Origin: a candidate division WOR-3 bacterium
Lineage (GTDB): Bacteria > Hydrothermota > Hydrothermia > JBDRYB01
Direction: 5' to 3'
Assembly (NCBI GenBank): GCA_049969615.1
Contig: JBMFOM010000025.1
Span: 1 to 20,341 of the forward strand
Length of the DNA stretch: 20,341 bases
Part shown: positions 8,106 through 16,541 of the stretch, in pieces
Position numbering within the stretch: position 1 is the stretch's first letter
How the letters are laid out: each line of letters opens with the position of its first letter
Program-made: the position numbers and the translations under genes
Notes under the pieces: generated by a model
Seen by the model: the letters and a program-made list of their open reading frames with translations, nothing else
Told to the model about the DNA's origin: nothing
Database searches by the model: none

Positions 8106-8106
8106 G

Positions 8107-8973
8107 ATGGATATCCCCGTTAAACTCGTTAAAGAACTCCGGGACAGGACCGGCGCTGGATTCATGGATGCAAAGAAGGCGCTTGAGGAGGCCGGAGGCG
8201 ATATAGAGAAAGCCCTTGATGTCCTGAGGACGCGCGGCCTTGCCCGCGCCGACAAGCGCCTGGATCGCGAGGCAAAGGAGGGCAAGATCGGGATGTGGCT
8301 CTCTGTGGATAGAAGCCGCGGCGTCATCCTGGAGCTGAACTCCGAGACTGATTTCGTCGCAAGGACAGAGGAGTTTAGCAAACTACTTTCCGCGCTGACG
8401 CGAGCGGTAGCGGGGTCCGGGCCTGCTGATGTCCCAGCGTTGCTTGAGATGCCACTCCCTGACTACGCTAACGCGAAGGCCGGTGATGTGATAAAGGACC
8501 ATGTCGCTCGTATAGGCGAGAACATCCGGGTAAAACGTTTTGCCCTTTATCTCGCGGAGCCCGGTTCCATGGTTGACATCTACATTCATCCGGGGGATAT
8601 GCTCGGCGTCATCCTTGCTCTGGAGGCACCAGAAGGGCAGAGGTCCCTTGAAATAGCGCGCAACCTTGCCATGCAGATAGCCGCAATGGAACCCATTTCC
8701 GTCTCCAGGGATGATCTCCCCGCTGAGATCGTTGAGAAAGAGAAGGAGATATACCGCCAGCAGGCCCTTGAACAGGGCAAGCCGGAAAAGGTCATAGACA
8801 AGATAGTTGAGGGTAGACTGAAGACCTTTTACGAGGAGAGGGTCCTTCTTGAGCAGGCATACATCAGGGAACAGGGGATGACGGTTTCGGATTACCTCGC
8901 CGAAGCATCAAAGGAACTCGGTTCTTCCGTCAGGGTCTTGCGCTTCACCCGTTTCAAGGTGGGAGAGGATTGA
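8107..8973 (+). CDS. tsf: Translation elongation factor Ts
   Basis: VKELRDRTGAGFMDAKKAL, ELNSETDFVA, IGENI and AMQIAAM. Confidence 0.97.
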   Translation: MDIPVKLVKELRDRTGAGFMDAKKALEEAGGDIEKALDVLRTRGLARADKRLDREAKEGKIGMWLSVDRSRGVILELNSETDFVARTEEFSKLLSALTRAVAGSGPADVPALLEMPLPDYANAKAGDVIKDHVARIGENIRVKRFALYLAEPGSMVDIYIHPGDMLGVILALEAPEGQRSLEIARNLAMQIAAMEPISVSRDDLPAEIVEKEKEIYRQQALEQGKPEKVIDKIVEGRLKTFYEERVLLEQAYIREQGMTVSDYLAEASKELGSSVRVLRFTRFKVGED

Positions 8974-8997
8974 AACCCATAACAGATTTGCAACTCT

Positions 8998-9720
8998 ATG
9001 AAATACAATCGCGTTCTCCTGAAGCTCTCCGGCGAGGCCCTCGCCGGCAAGGGCGGGGAGAGGGTCGGCGGAATAGACCGGGAGGCCGTTGCTTTCGTCA
9101 CTGGCGAGATAGATTCCGCCATAGAGGGGACAGGGGCTCAGATTGCCATAGTCGTCGGAGGCGGGAACATATTGCGCGGCGCAAGGGCTGAGGACATCGG
9201 CGTCTCGCGCGTGACCGGGGATTTCATGGGTATGCTCGCGACCATGATAAACGCGCTCGCGCTCCAGGCCCATCTTGAGGCCCATGGCCTGGTAACCCGG
9301 CTGATGACCGCGATGGCCGCGAACCAGGTCGCTGAGCCATACATACGCCGAAGGGCGATAAGGCATCTTGAAAAGGGCCGTGTCGTCATCCTGGCGGGAG
9401 GCACAGGAAACCCCTTCTTCTCAACGGACACTGCCGCGGTTTTGCGCGCGGCCGAAATAGGAGCCAATGTCCTGCTCAAGGGAACAAGCGTTGACGGGGT
9501 CTATACAGCGGATCCGAAACTTGACTCTACGGCCCGGTTCCTCCCGGAGCTGAACTACAAAACCTTTCTTGACCAGGGCCTTGGGGTCATGGACATGACC
9601 GCTGTCCAGCTCGCGCGCGAGAGAAAACTGCCCATAGTGGTCTTCAATATCTGGAAACCGGGCGCGCTTCTCATGATAATCAGGGGCGAGGGCCTGGGTT
9701 CGCTGATAGCCGGGGAATGA
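8998..9720 (+). CDS. pyrH: UMP kinase
   Basis: RVLLKLSGEAL, VGGGNILRG, DFMGMLATMINAL, GTGNPFFSTD and VMDMTA. Confidence 0.97.
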   Translation: MKYNRVLLKLSGEALAGKGGERVGGIDREAVAFVTGEIDSAIEGTGAQIAIVVGGGNILRGARAEDIGVSRVTGDFMGMLATMINALALQAHLEAHGLVTRLMTAMAANQVAEPYIRRRAIRHLEKGRVVILAGGTGNPFFSTDTAAVLRAAEIGANVLLKGTSVDGVYTADPKLDSTARFLPELNYKTFLDQGLGVMDMTAVQLARERKLPIVVFNIWKPGALLMIIRGEGLGSLIAGE

Positions 9721-9832
9721 CCAAACCCAATCCATATGCCGGTATCCAAGGGATGACCCCTCACCACAATCAGGTGGTTGAAATACCTTAACGCGTGCGC
9801 TTAGAATTTGCGTGCACAAGGAGCGCTCCGAA

Positions 9833-10903
9833 ATGAAAAAGGAATCGCTAGATTTTTTAAAGAGACTTATGGAGGCCCCAAGCCCATCCGGGTATGAGGG
9901 CCCCGCGGCCGAGATATGGAGAGCCGAAGCCAAAAAGTTCGCCGACCATGTCAAAACAGACCTACATGGCAACACCATCGCTATTTTGAACAAGGGCGGT
10001 TCACCGCGGGTTATGCTTGCTGGCCATATAGACGAGATAGGCCTGATGATCCAAACAATAGATGAAAACGGGTTTGCAAGGTTCCAGGGTGTTGGGGGCT
10101 GGGACCCGCAGATACTCCCAGGCCAGCGCGTCGTGTTCATGGGAAAAACAGGCCCCGTCCGCGGGGTCATCGGAAAGAAACCCATTCACCTAATGGAACC
10201 GGATGAACGTTCCAAGGCCACGAAAATTGATGACCTCTGGATTGATTTTGCCACGGGTTCAAAGGAGGAAACAGAAAAGCTCGTGTCGGTTGGGGATGTT
10301 GGGGTCATTGATGTTGGCTTCAGCATTATATACGGGAAGAACGCGATCGCGAGGGGTTTTGACGACAGGATAGGGGCGTTTGTTGTCCTTGAGGCCCTTC
10401 GCCTCATGTCCAAGATGAAGGTATCAGCGGAGGTCTATGCAGTCGCTACGGTCCAGGAGGAGATAGGACTGCGTGGTGCGCATACATCCGCTTTCGGTAT
10501 AGATCCCAAGGTTGGCATAGCCGTTGATGTGACATTCGCGACGGATTACCCAGGCATGGGTAGGAAGGAGCAATCTATCTTCGGAAACATAAAACTAGGC
10601 GGCGGCCCCGTGATTGCCCGCGGCCCGAACATAAACCACCGCGTTCACGAGCTCCTGGTCAAGACCGCCACGGATAATAAGATACCCTTTGTCGTGGAGG
10701 CCATACCCAGGGGAACAGGCACGGACGCGAACGCAATTCAGCTCACCCGTGCAGGGGTCGCGACTGGACTCGTTTCGGTTCCCAACAGGAACATGCACAC
10801 CCCGGTTGAGATGGTCAACCTGGATGATGTTGAGGGAGCATTCACCCTGCTCGCGCACGCGGTCGCCAGGATAACGGATAAAACGAACCTAGTTCCGTTC
10901 TAG
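9833..10903 (+). CDS. M42 family (TET-like) metallo-aminopeptidase
   Basis: SPSGYE, MLAGHIDEIG, FDDRIG, VQEEIGLRGA, GTDA and NMHTPVE. AAGGAG RBS at 9818-9823. Own promoter-like TTGAAA...TAGAAT at about 9778-9807. Confidence 0.93.
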   Translation: MKKESLDFLKRLMEAPSPSGYEGPAAEIWRAEAKKFADHVKTDLHGNTIAILNKGGSPRVMLAGHIDEIGLMIQTIDENGFARFQGVGGWDPQILPGQRVVFMGKTGPVRGVIGKKPIHLMEPDERSKATKIDDLWIDFATGSKEETEKLVSVGDVGVIDVGFSIIYGKNAIARGFDDRIGAFVVLEALRLMSKMKVSAEVYAVATVQEEIGLRGAHTSAFGIDPKVGIAVDVTFATDYPGMGRKEQSIFGNIKLGGGPVIARGPNINHRVHELLVKTATDNKIPFVVEAIPRGTGTDANAIQLTRAGVATGLVSVPNRNMHTPVEMVNLDDVEGAFTLLAHAVARITDKTNLVPF

Positions 10904-10929
10904 ATTACGCCTGAACATCTTTGCAAAGA

Positions 10930-10945
10930 TGTTTCACATGAAACA
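10930..10945. other. parS-like centromere site
   Basis: TGTTTCACATGAAACA, one mismatch to the canonical parS TGTTTCACGTGAAACA, intergenic. Confidence 0.7.
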
Positions 10946-11109
10946 TTCCCCTTATGTTAATCGGATTGATTTCCTCCTTTGTTAATCAGACAAAGCCGCA
11001 GGATGGTTCAAGAATGGCACCAGCGGACACAGGGTTCATTGCCTCGGTTGTTGATCGGGTGGGTCCATGGCCTCGCTCGCGAGACTGGCGGATTTTTCGC
11101 TAGTTATTC

Positions 11110-12534
11110 TCAGCCCGTTTTGATCACCAATATCTCCCCTGCCTCAAGGTATCCCCTGCCCCAATCAATATCATTCATGTTGTATCTCACCCCGTCAAGG
11201 ATGCTCTTTACCGCGAGTATTCCCGTCTCAAAGGAGTGATCCATCAGGTTGTAGCGGTGGCGCCCGTTCCTGCCTATCAAGTATAGGTTCTCAAAACGTT
11301 CAAGCCACGAGAGGACGATTGACAGGGGTTCCCTGTAGCCAAGGTCCCATATGGGATATGCGTCTGGAACCCTGGTTACCTCCCATCCAATCACATCCTT
11401 CTTGCCGAAGAAGCCGAACTCCCGGTCTATGAAGTCAACGGTTCGCTCCGCTAGAGAGCTGTCCTCTGCGTTCCAGACATCGTCCCCCTTGAACACGAAA
11501 TATTCCACCGGAAGGGATGTTAGCCCCTCGTCTGGGACCATCCACGCCGACCAGTTCTTCGGCTCGTGCCATCGGCCAAAGGGAACCCTGGCCTCAGGAA
11601 AATATATCCAGGAATCACTTGTCACATTCGGTTTCGCTATCTTCAGGAAGACTATGAGGAGGTCGCGGAACCCCAGCTTTTTCGCCGCGGCCATTACATC
11701 CTGTGGCGGTGATGGTTTCATTGCGGCCAGCATGGCTGGTAGGGGTATTGAGCTTATCATGTGATCAACAGAGAACTCCTCGTTTCCCGCCTTTACCGAA
11801 AGGATGCGCCTGCCCTCCCAGACTACCTCATGGACCGGAGCATTCAGGATAACCCTGCCGCCCCTTTGAACGGCGAAGTCCGCGAATCTCTCGGATATTT
11901 GCCCTATGCCGTATCTGGGATAATAGAACCTGTCAATTATGGTCGCGAGGTCCTGGCCCTTATCTTTCTTCGGGAACAGCGCCTCCCTGATCGCTGTGGT
12001 CAGGGATAATCCACGTATTCTCTCCGCGGCCCAATCCGCGGATATCTCCGTTGGCTTGATGCCCCAGACCTTCTCCGTGTATTCCTCAAAGTTAAAGTGA
12101 TAAAGGCCTCTGCCAAAACGTTTTACGACCCAGTCCTCAAACGAGACATCAGGCTTTCCCCTGTATGCCACCTTTGCCCAAAGGTAGTCAAGGATAAACC
12201 CCGCGTCCCTGAAGAGGCTGAGTTTTCTGAGAACATCCCCTATCTTTATGGGATAAAGGAACATCTTGCCCTCCTTATATATCCTTGAGACCCTAACTGG
12301 CATCAGGAGGTCATCCCCCAGGACCTCGGCGACCATCTCAAGGAGTATGCGGTTCTTGGTGAAGAACCTGTGTCCCCCTAAGTCATAACGGAACTTGTCC
12401 GGGGTCAGAACCGTTCTTGATAAACCGCCAACAAAACCCTGTTTTTCAATTACGACGGGCGCAACCCCCGCCCTCGCCAGGAAATAGGCTGAGGAAAGGC
12501 CCCCGGGCCCAGCGCCGAGGATCACAACATTCAT
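11110..12534 (-). CDS. FAD-dependent oxidoreductase (HemY / UDP-galactopyranose mutase-like family)
   Basis: N-terminal VVILGAGPGGL dinucleotide-binding motif, VGGLSRT, YDLGGHRFF, YTEKVWG and GRNGRHRYN. Start moved to ATG 12534. Confidence 0.8.
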   Translation of the reverse strand: MNVVILGAGPGGLSSAYFLARAGVAPVVIEKQGFVGGLSRTVLTPDKFRYDLGGHRFFTKNRILLEMVAEVLGDDLLMPVRVSRIYKEGKMFLYPIKIGDVLRKLSLFRDAGFILDYLWAKVAYRGKPDVSFEDWVVKRFGRGLYHFNFEEYTEKVWGIKPTEISADWAAERIRGLSLTTAIREALFPKKDKGQDLATIIDRFYYPRYGIGQISERFADFAVQRGGRVILNAPVHEVVWEGRRILSVKAGNEEFSVDHMISSIPLPAMLAAMKPSPPQDVMAAAKKLGFRDLLIVFLKIAKPNVTSDSWIYFPEARVPFGRWHEPKNWSAWMVPDEGLTSLPVEYFVFKGDDVWNAEDSSLAERTVDFIDREFGFFGKKDVIGWEVTRVPDAYPIWDLGYREPLSIVLSWLERFENLYLIGRNGRHRYNLMDHSFETGILAVKSILDGVRYNMNDIDWGRGYLEAGEILVIKTG

Positions 12535-12540
12535 AGGGAA

Positions 12541-12570
12541 ATTATAACCCATTTTGAGGCTGTTTCACAA
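12541..12570 (-). promoter_or_regulatory. Promoter of the FAD oxidoreductase gene (probably leaderless); -35 region lies in the MITE-like end
   Basis: Minus strand reads TTGTGA, 18 nt ending AAAATGGGT, TATAAT (12546-12541), 6 nt, ATG. Confidence 0.6.
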
Positions 12571-12664
12571 TACAATTTTGTGAGGCCTTCTGGTTCTAAA
12601 AATACGGCCTGGAGCGGATCTTACATGAGAGTTCCTCTCAATAAGCCTATTCTGAGACAGACTC
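12556..12664. mobile_element. 109-bp MITE-like element, copy 1
   Basis: Terminal inverted repeats GAGGCTGTTTCACAATA / TATTCTGAGACAGACTC. About 84/109 ungapped identity to 16873-16981 (hand count). Confidence 0.7.
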
Positions 12665-12670
12665 AAATAT

Positions 12671-12706
12671 GGACGAAGGACACATCGGGATTTTTCAGGG
12701 GTTTCA
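12671..12706 (-). repeat. Box A repeat copy
   Basis: GGACGAAGGACACATCGGGATTTTTCAGGGGTTTCA, near-identical to 19891-19927. Confidence 0.75.
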
Positions 12707-12737
12707 TTTAAATCACGAGCGTTGTGCAGGTTCGGAT

Positions 12738-13103
12738 TTACCTGTTTACTAGCCACACCCCAATTGCAATGAGCACAACGCCCAGGGCCTTCCAGACTGT
12801 CATGGGTTCCCCGAGGAAGGCCCATGCGACAAGGACAATAAGAACGTATCCCAAAGATAGCATCGGGTAGGCCACGGATAATTCAACCCTGGACAAAAGC
12901 GCCAGCCAGACCACCGCGCTCAGAGCGTAGAGTCCTATGCCCGTTATCACATGGATGTTGGTGAGCGCACCCAAAAGAAACCTGGTGACGCCCATGTCCC
13001 CGAACTTCCCGACCTGGCCGACCCCGTGCTTTATGAGAAACTGACCCGCGACCACCATTAATATGTCAATGACCAGGAGAACGATGTCCGTTATGCTCTT
13101 CAA
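12738..13103 (-). CDS. Small 4-TM EamA/SMR-type transporter (ArnE/ArnF-like)
   Basis: 121 aa with GQFLIKHG, LSRVELSVAYPMLSLGYV and FLGEPMTVWKALGVVLIAIGV. GGAGG precedes the TTG start. Confidence 0.8.
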   Translation of the reverse strand: MKSITDIVLLVIDILMVVAGQFLIKHGVGQVGKFGDMGVTRFLLGALTNIHVITGIGLYALSAVVWLALLSRVELSVAYPMLSLGYVLIVLVAWAFLGEPMTVWKALGVVLIAIGVWLVNR

Positions 13104-13134
13104 AATTCCTCCCCAAAATCCTCTTCAGATATAT

Positions 13135-13163
13135 CATCGCCGAAATCCTCATCTTCGGCGATG
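13135..13163. terminator. 10-bp perfect hairpin downstream of the aspartokinase gene (terminator or stability hairpin)
   Basis: CATCGCCGAA, 9-nt loop, TTCGGCGATG. No clear U-tract. Confidence 0.4.
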
Positions 13164-13202
13164 TCTATCGGACAATTGCACAATGAGCACCTGAGCTTCA
13201 AA

Positions 13203-14381
13203 TCAGCCCTCATTAAGGCCAAACCTCTCCGCCAGGTCGGCCTCCACACGGGGAGCCTCCGCGGAGTTAAGCAGGAAGGATAGCCTGAGTTCCGAGGAGG
13301 TCATCGCGTAGACCTTGACATTTCTGAGCGCAGAGAGCACCTCCTTCTGGACTCCTGGGTCAGAACCTATTCCATACCCAACTATGGAGAGAACAACCCC
13401 GCCCGGTATGAGCTCCAGGCCGACATCGCCTCCAACGAGTTCGGCTGCCCTCTCTGAGTCCTTCGCGTGAACAGCCAGGGTTATCTCCCTATCAGTCCTA
13501 GTGAGGAGAAGAGGCCCTATGCCCTCGTTCGCGAGGCGAGTGAGGAGTCCGGCCTCAAACTCGGTTCCCTCTTGGATGTTCCTTATGACCAGCGAGGCCA
13601 CAGGCGCCAGGACGATTGCCTTTACGCCCGGGGCCTCAAGGCCTCCGGATATCTCGGTTCCACCTTCGTTCAATCCTCTAACCTCCAACATGGTTCGTTT
13701 TCGCGCGGCCAGCGCCAGCGCCCTGGTATGAATGACCTCTGAGCCAAACCCGGTCAGCTCCAGGGCCTCCTCATACGAAAGCCTTTCCCACTTCCGGGCG
13801 CGGACAAAACGTTTAGGGTTCAAAGCATAAACCCAACCCACATCCTTGTAAAACCTCGCCGGGACATCAGGCCCCAGGCAGGTTGCTATTGCGACAGCAG
13901 TCAAATCAGAACCGCCCCTGCCCAGCGTTGTCACCTCTCTGGTCACCGAGACCCCTTGGAATCCCGCGACAACCGGCACCACGCCGTTCTTCAGGGCGTC
14001 GGTTATCCGAAAGAGCTTCACCTCCTTTATCCGTGCCCTGCCGAAGTTCTCGTCCGTGACTATGCCGACTTGGGAACCGGTGAAGCTCTGCGCCCTGACC
14101 CCAAGCTCATTCAGCGCAATGGCCAAGAGTGTCATTGATATGCGCTCCCCTGCAGTCAAGAGCATGTCTGTCTCCCTTCTGACCCATGGATCTCCTGTGT
14201 TGCTGGAAACCCTTTTCGCCAGGGATAGGAGGTAGTTGGTCTGATCGCCCATAGCAGAGACAACCACAACCGGACTTATTCCGGCCTCAACCCGGGCCTT
14301 TATCACACCAGCAACACGGGACAAATCATCGGTATCATGCAAAACCGAGTGGCCGAACTTGATAACCTCTATGCTTTGCAA
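13203..14381 (-). CDS. lysC: Aspartate kinase (divergent) with C-terminal ACT-like domains
   Basis: VVVVSAMG, DMLLTAGERIS, VVAGFQG, TTLGRGGSDLTA and LSYEEALEL. Confidence 0.85.
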   Translation of the reverse strand: MQSIEVIKFGHSVLHDTDDLSRVAGVIKARVEAGISPVVVVSAMGDQTNYLLSLAKRVSSNTGDPWVRRETDMLLTAGERISMTLLAIALNELGVRAQSFTGSQVGIVTDENFGRARIKEVKLFRITDALKNGVVPVVAGFQGVSVTREVTTLGRGGSDLTAVAIATCLGPDVPARFYKDVGWVYALNPKRFVRARKWERLSYEEALELTGFGSEVIHTRALALAARKRTMLEVRGLNEGGTEISGGLEAPGVKAIVLAPVASLVIRNIQEGTEFEAGLLTRLANEGIGPLLLTRTDREITLAVHAKDSERAAELVGGDVGLELIPGGVVLSIVGYGIGSDPGVQKEVLSALRNVKVYAMTSSELRLSFLLNSAEAPRVEADLAERFGLNEG

Positions 14382-14389
14382 AGGCGAAA

Positions 14390-14418
14390 ATTATAACCCA
14401 TTTTCTGTGCAGAATCAT
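14390..14418 (-). promoter_or_regulatory. lysC promoter (conserved promoter family)
   Basis: Minus strand reads ATGATT CTGCACAGAAAATGGGT TATAAT, 8 nt, TTG start. Confidence 0.65.
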
Positions 14419-14612
14419 GTATTTGAGGATCCGTGATCCTTTCTCCGGCTGGCACCCATAAACCCCATAGGAGTTGAGCCAAAAGAGGCAAGCCAGACGA
14501 AGGATCTCGCCCGGTCCCTTTTCAAACAAGGCAGAGACACCCCACATGGGCGGGTAAAGTGGCCTGGGAGGCCTTGATCTTCCACGCGTTATCCATTATC
14601 ATTATTATCTTC

Positions 14613-15542
14613 ATGTTCAGGATAAGATTTCCGGTCATACGCGAGGGCGTGGCCGTCAGCAACAAAAACCTCCAGAAGGAGATAGCAGGACTTGAAGAAG
14701 GCAAGAGAACAGGCTTCGTGCGCATAACTGCTGGCGGAAGCTGCTATTATCTTTTCCTTGATAATGGATTCTGTGTTGGCGGGGGCATTGAGAGCGATGT
14801 TGGCAGGCGGTTGGAGTCTCCGTCCTCGGTCATGGAAGACCTGGAAAAGACACTGCGAATGGAAAAGGGGGTGATGGATGCCTATGATGTTCACCCGGAT
14901 CTAATCCATCACCTCATAGGCTATTTCGCGGCAAAGATCGTTTCCGAGGACCTGCCGGGCGAACTGTTCAACCTGCCCGAGATGGTCAAGAAGCTCCGGA
15001 CCGCTGGTTTTACCGGCTTCATCTGGGGCCAAGGAAAATATGAGGTGGTAATATTCCTTTCCTTTGGCGAGATAGCGGGCATATTCGTTGATGGAGCGGC
15101 CTCCACCCTGGAACGCGCGTCCGAGGCCGTGGCCGAGTGCAAGGTGGGCGTGCAGAACACCGAACGGGCGATTGATGTCGAGAGCCAGATATTCTCCAGA
15201 GAGATGAAGACGAGGTTCCTGGAGGAAACCTACTCAATGGTTTATCAGATGGTTCACAAGGCCCACAACGGCGCGGAGGGATTTGAACTGGTCATACGAG
15301 AGTCCATGATGGTGCACTCCTCGGAATGCCCCCTCCTCAACCCATTCCTCGGGATCGTGGATCTGAAGGGCGGAAAGGTGAGGGTTGATCCTGGAGTTGA
15401 TCCGGATGAGCTGGCCGCACCTTTCTATAGGGCGTTATACGCGGGGGCAAAGGCGTATCTTTCGGATGACCCGGCCACCATGAGGGATGTCCTCTCGGCC
15501 ATATCCGAAAGGGCACAAGAGGCGGGGATCGCTATCAAATGA
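14613..15542 (+). CDS. Hypothetical cytoplasmic protein with two DUF4388/PATAN-like repeats
   Basis: Two internal repeats, KRTGFVRITAGGSCYYLFLDNGFCVG and GFTGFIWGQGKYEVVIFLSFGEIAG. Start moved to ATG 14613, after TTGATC-17-TATCAT (14574-14602). Confidence 0.5.
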   Translation: MFRIRFPVIREGVAVSNKNLQKEIAGLEEGKRTGFVRITAGGSCYYLFLDNGFCVGGGIESDVGRRLESPSSVMEDLEKTLRMEKGVMDAYDVHPDLIHHLIGYFAAKIVSEDLPGELFNLPEMVKKLRTAGFTGFIWGQGKYEVVIFLSFGEIAGIFVDGAASTLERASEAVAECKVGVQNTERAIDVESQIFSREMKTRFLEETYSMVYQMVHKAHNGAEGFELVIRESMMVHSSECPLLNPFLGIVDLKGGKVRVDPGVDPDELAAPFYRALYAGAKAYLSDDPATMRDVLSAISERAQEAGIAIK

Positions 15543-16297
15543 GGTGGGCCTTTGCTTTACTTATGACCTGTTATCTGGCCCTGGGAGCGATGGTCGCCTG
15601 GGAGGGATACATGATAACCCGCGAGAGGGCAAGGTCAAAGAAAGACCTTGAGAGTATAGTGCTGATGACCCGTTTCCAAAGGTCTTCAACCAGGCTACAG
15701 GTTTTCCTTGAGAAGTATCACATCCTGGGCGAGGCGGTCTGGATGGAGAGGTTCAGGGTAGAGAGGGATATGACCGGCAATCTTGCCAGATCAATATCTC
15801 AAGGAAAGGATGGCCAGGGCGGCTCGCTCCCCATCAGCCCGGGCGACAGGGCGAAGTTCACCAGGAATTGGGATGAATACATCGCCCTGGCGGATTCAGC
15901 CTTTGCCCTGGGCAAAACAAAGGCAAGAGAGCTCTATGTTACCCGCGCGGCCCTGCGACAGGAGGAAATGTCCCTTATTGCTGAAAACACCATACAGAAT
16001 ATCATTCGGAACAGGCCCTCGTTCGCTTTCATGACGTGGATCAACCTGGCCCTGGCCATGCTGGTGGTCATGCTCGGTCTCCTGACCTTTCATCAGATGG
16101 TCGTTCTGCCAGCCAGGCGTCTCGCCAGGGAGGCAAAGCGCATTGCTGTTGGAGACCTGGACGGTCCAGTGACAATGAGGGCGCCGGGGAGGCTCGGACA
16201 GATAGCCGATAGCCTTGAGGAGCTCAGGATGAACCTTATAGAGACCAGGGAACAGGTCAAACGGTTGATCTCCAGAAGGCCAAGCGTGGAGAGGTGA
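15539..16297 (+). CDS. Membrane sensor: TM, helical extracytoplasmic domain, TM, HAMP, with no output domain
   Basis: Two hydrophobic segments. HAMP-like VLPARRLAREAKRIAVGDLDGPVTMRAPGRLGQIADSLEELRMNL is followed by only about 18 aa. ATGA overlap with the upstream gene. Confidence 0.75.
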   Translation: MRWAFALLMTCYLALGAMVAWEGYMITRERARSKKDLESIVLMTRFQRSSTRLQVFLEKYHILGEAVWMERFRVERDMTGNLARSISQGKDGQGGSLPISPGDRAKFTRNWDEYIALADSAFALGKTKARELYVTRAALRQEEMSLIAENTIQNIIRNRPSFAFMTWINLALAMLVVMLGLLTFHQMVVLPARRLAREAKRIAVGDLDGPVTMRAPGRLGQIADSLEELRMNLIETREQVKRLISRRPSVER

Positions 16298-16541
16298 TGC
16301 CATAGCGATCCTGTGGGACACGGGCATGTTCAAAGATAAAGAAGGCCGAGGGCGGAGGGGTGAAACCTTAGTCCACGCCCAGCGAGAAATTTAACCCAAT
16401 CTCCCGCATGGGAACGGAGGATTTTAGGGGCCAGCTCAGTATTGTTTTCCCAGCACAGACTTTAGCCTGCGGCCTAATTGAACCTGCCCCTCGTGCCCCA
16501 TTATCATTTGAGCTTGCAAAACCAAATTGGAAGTTTTTGAC

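Noticed and set aside
9421-10185. 254-aa minus-strand ORF and other antisense ORFs over dxs, tsf, pyrH and the mqn genes
   Set aside because: Shadow frames of well-supported genes in GC-rich DNA, with no motifs.
12561-12576. TGTTTCACA parS half-site in the end of MITE-like copy 1
   Set aside because: The second half is not palindromic and copy 2 has TGTCTCACA, so this is coincidental.
12565-12825. 86-aa minus-strand ORF, and the 180-aa ORF at 16368-16910
   Set aside because: They read through repeat elements or antisense to real genes, with no transposase-like motifs.
14396-14560. Possible lysine riboswitch upstream of lysC
   Set aside because: The promoter lies 8 nt from the start, leaving no leader, and no L-box consensus is visible.
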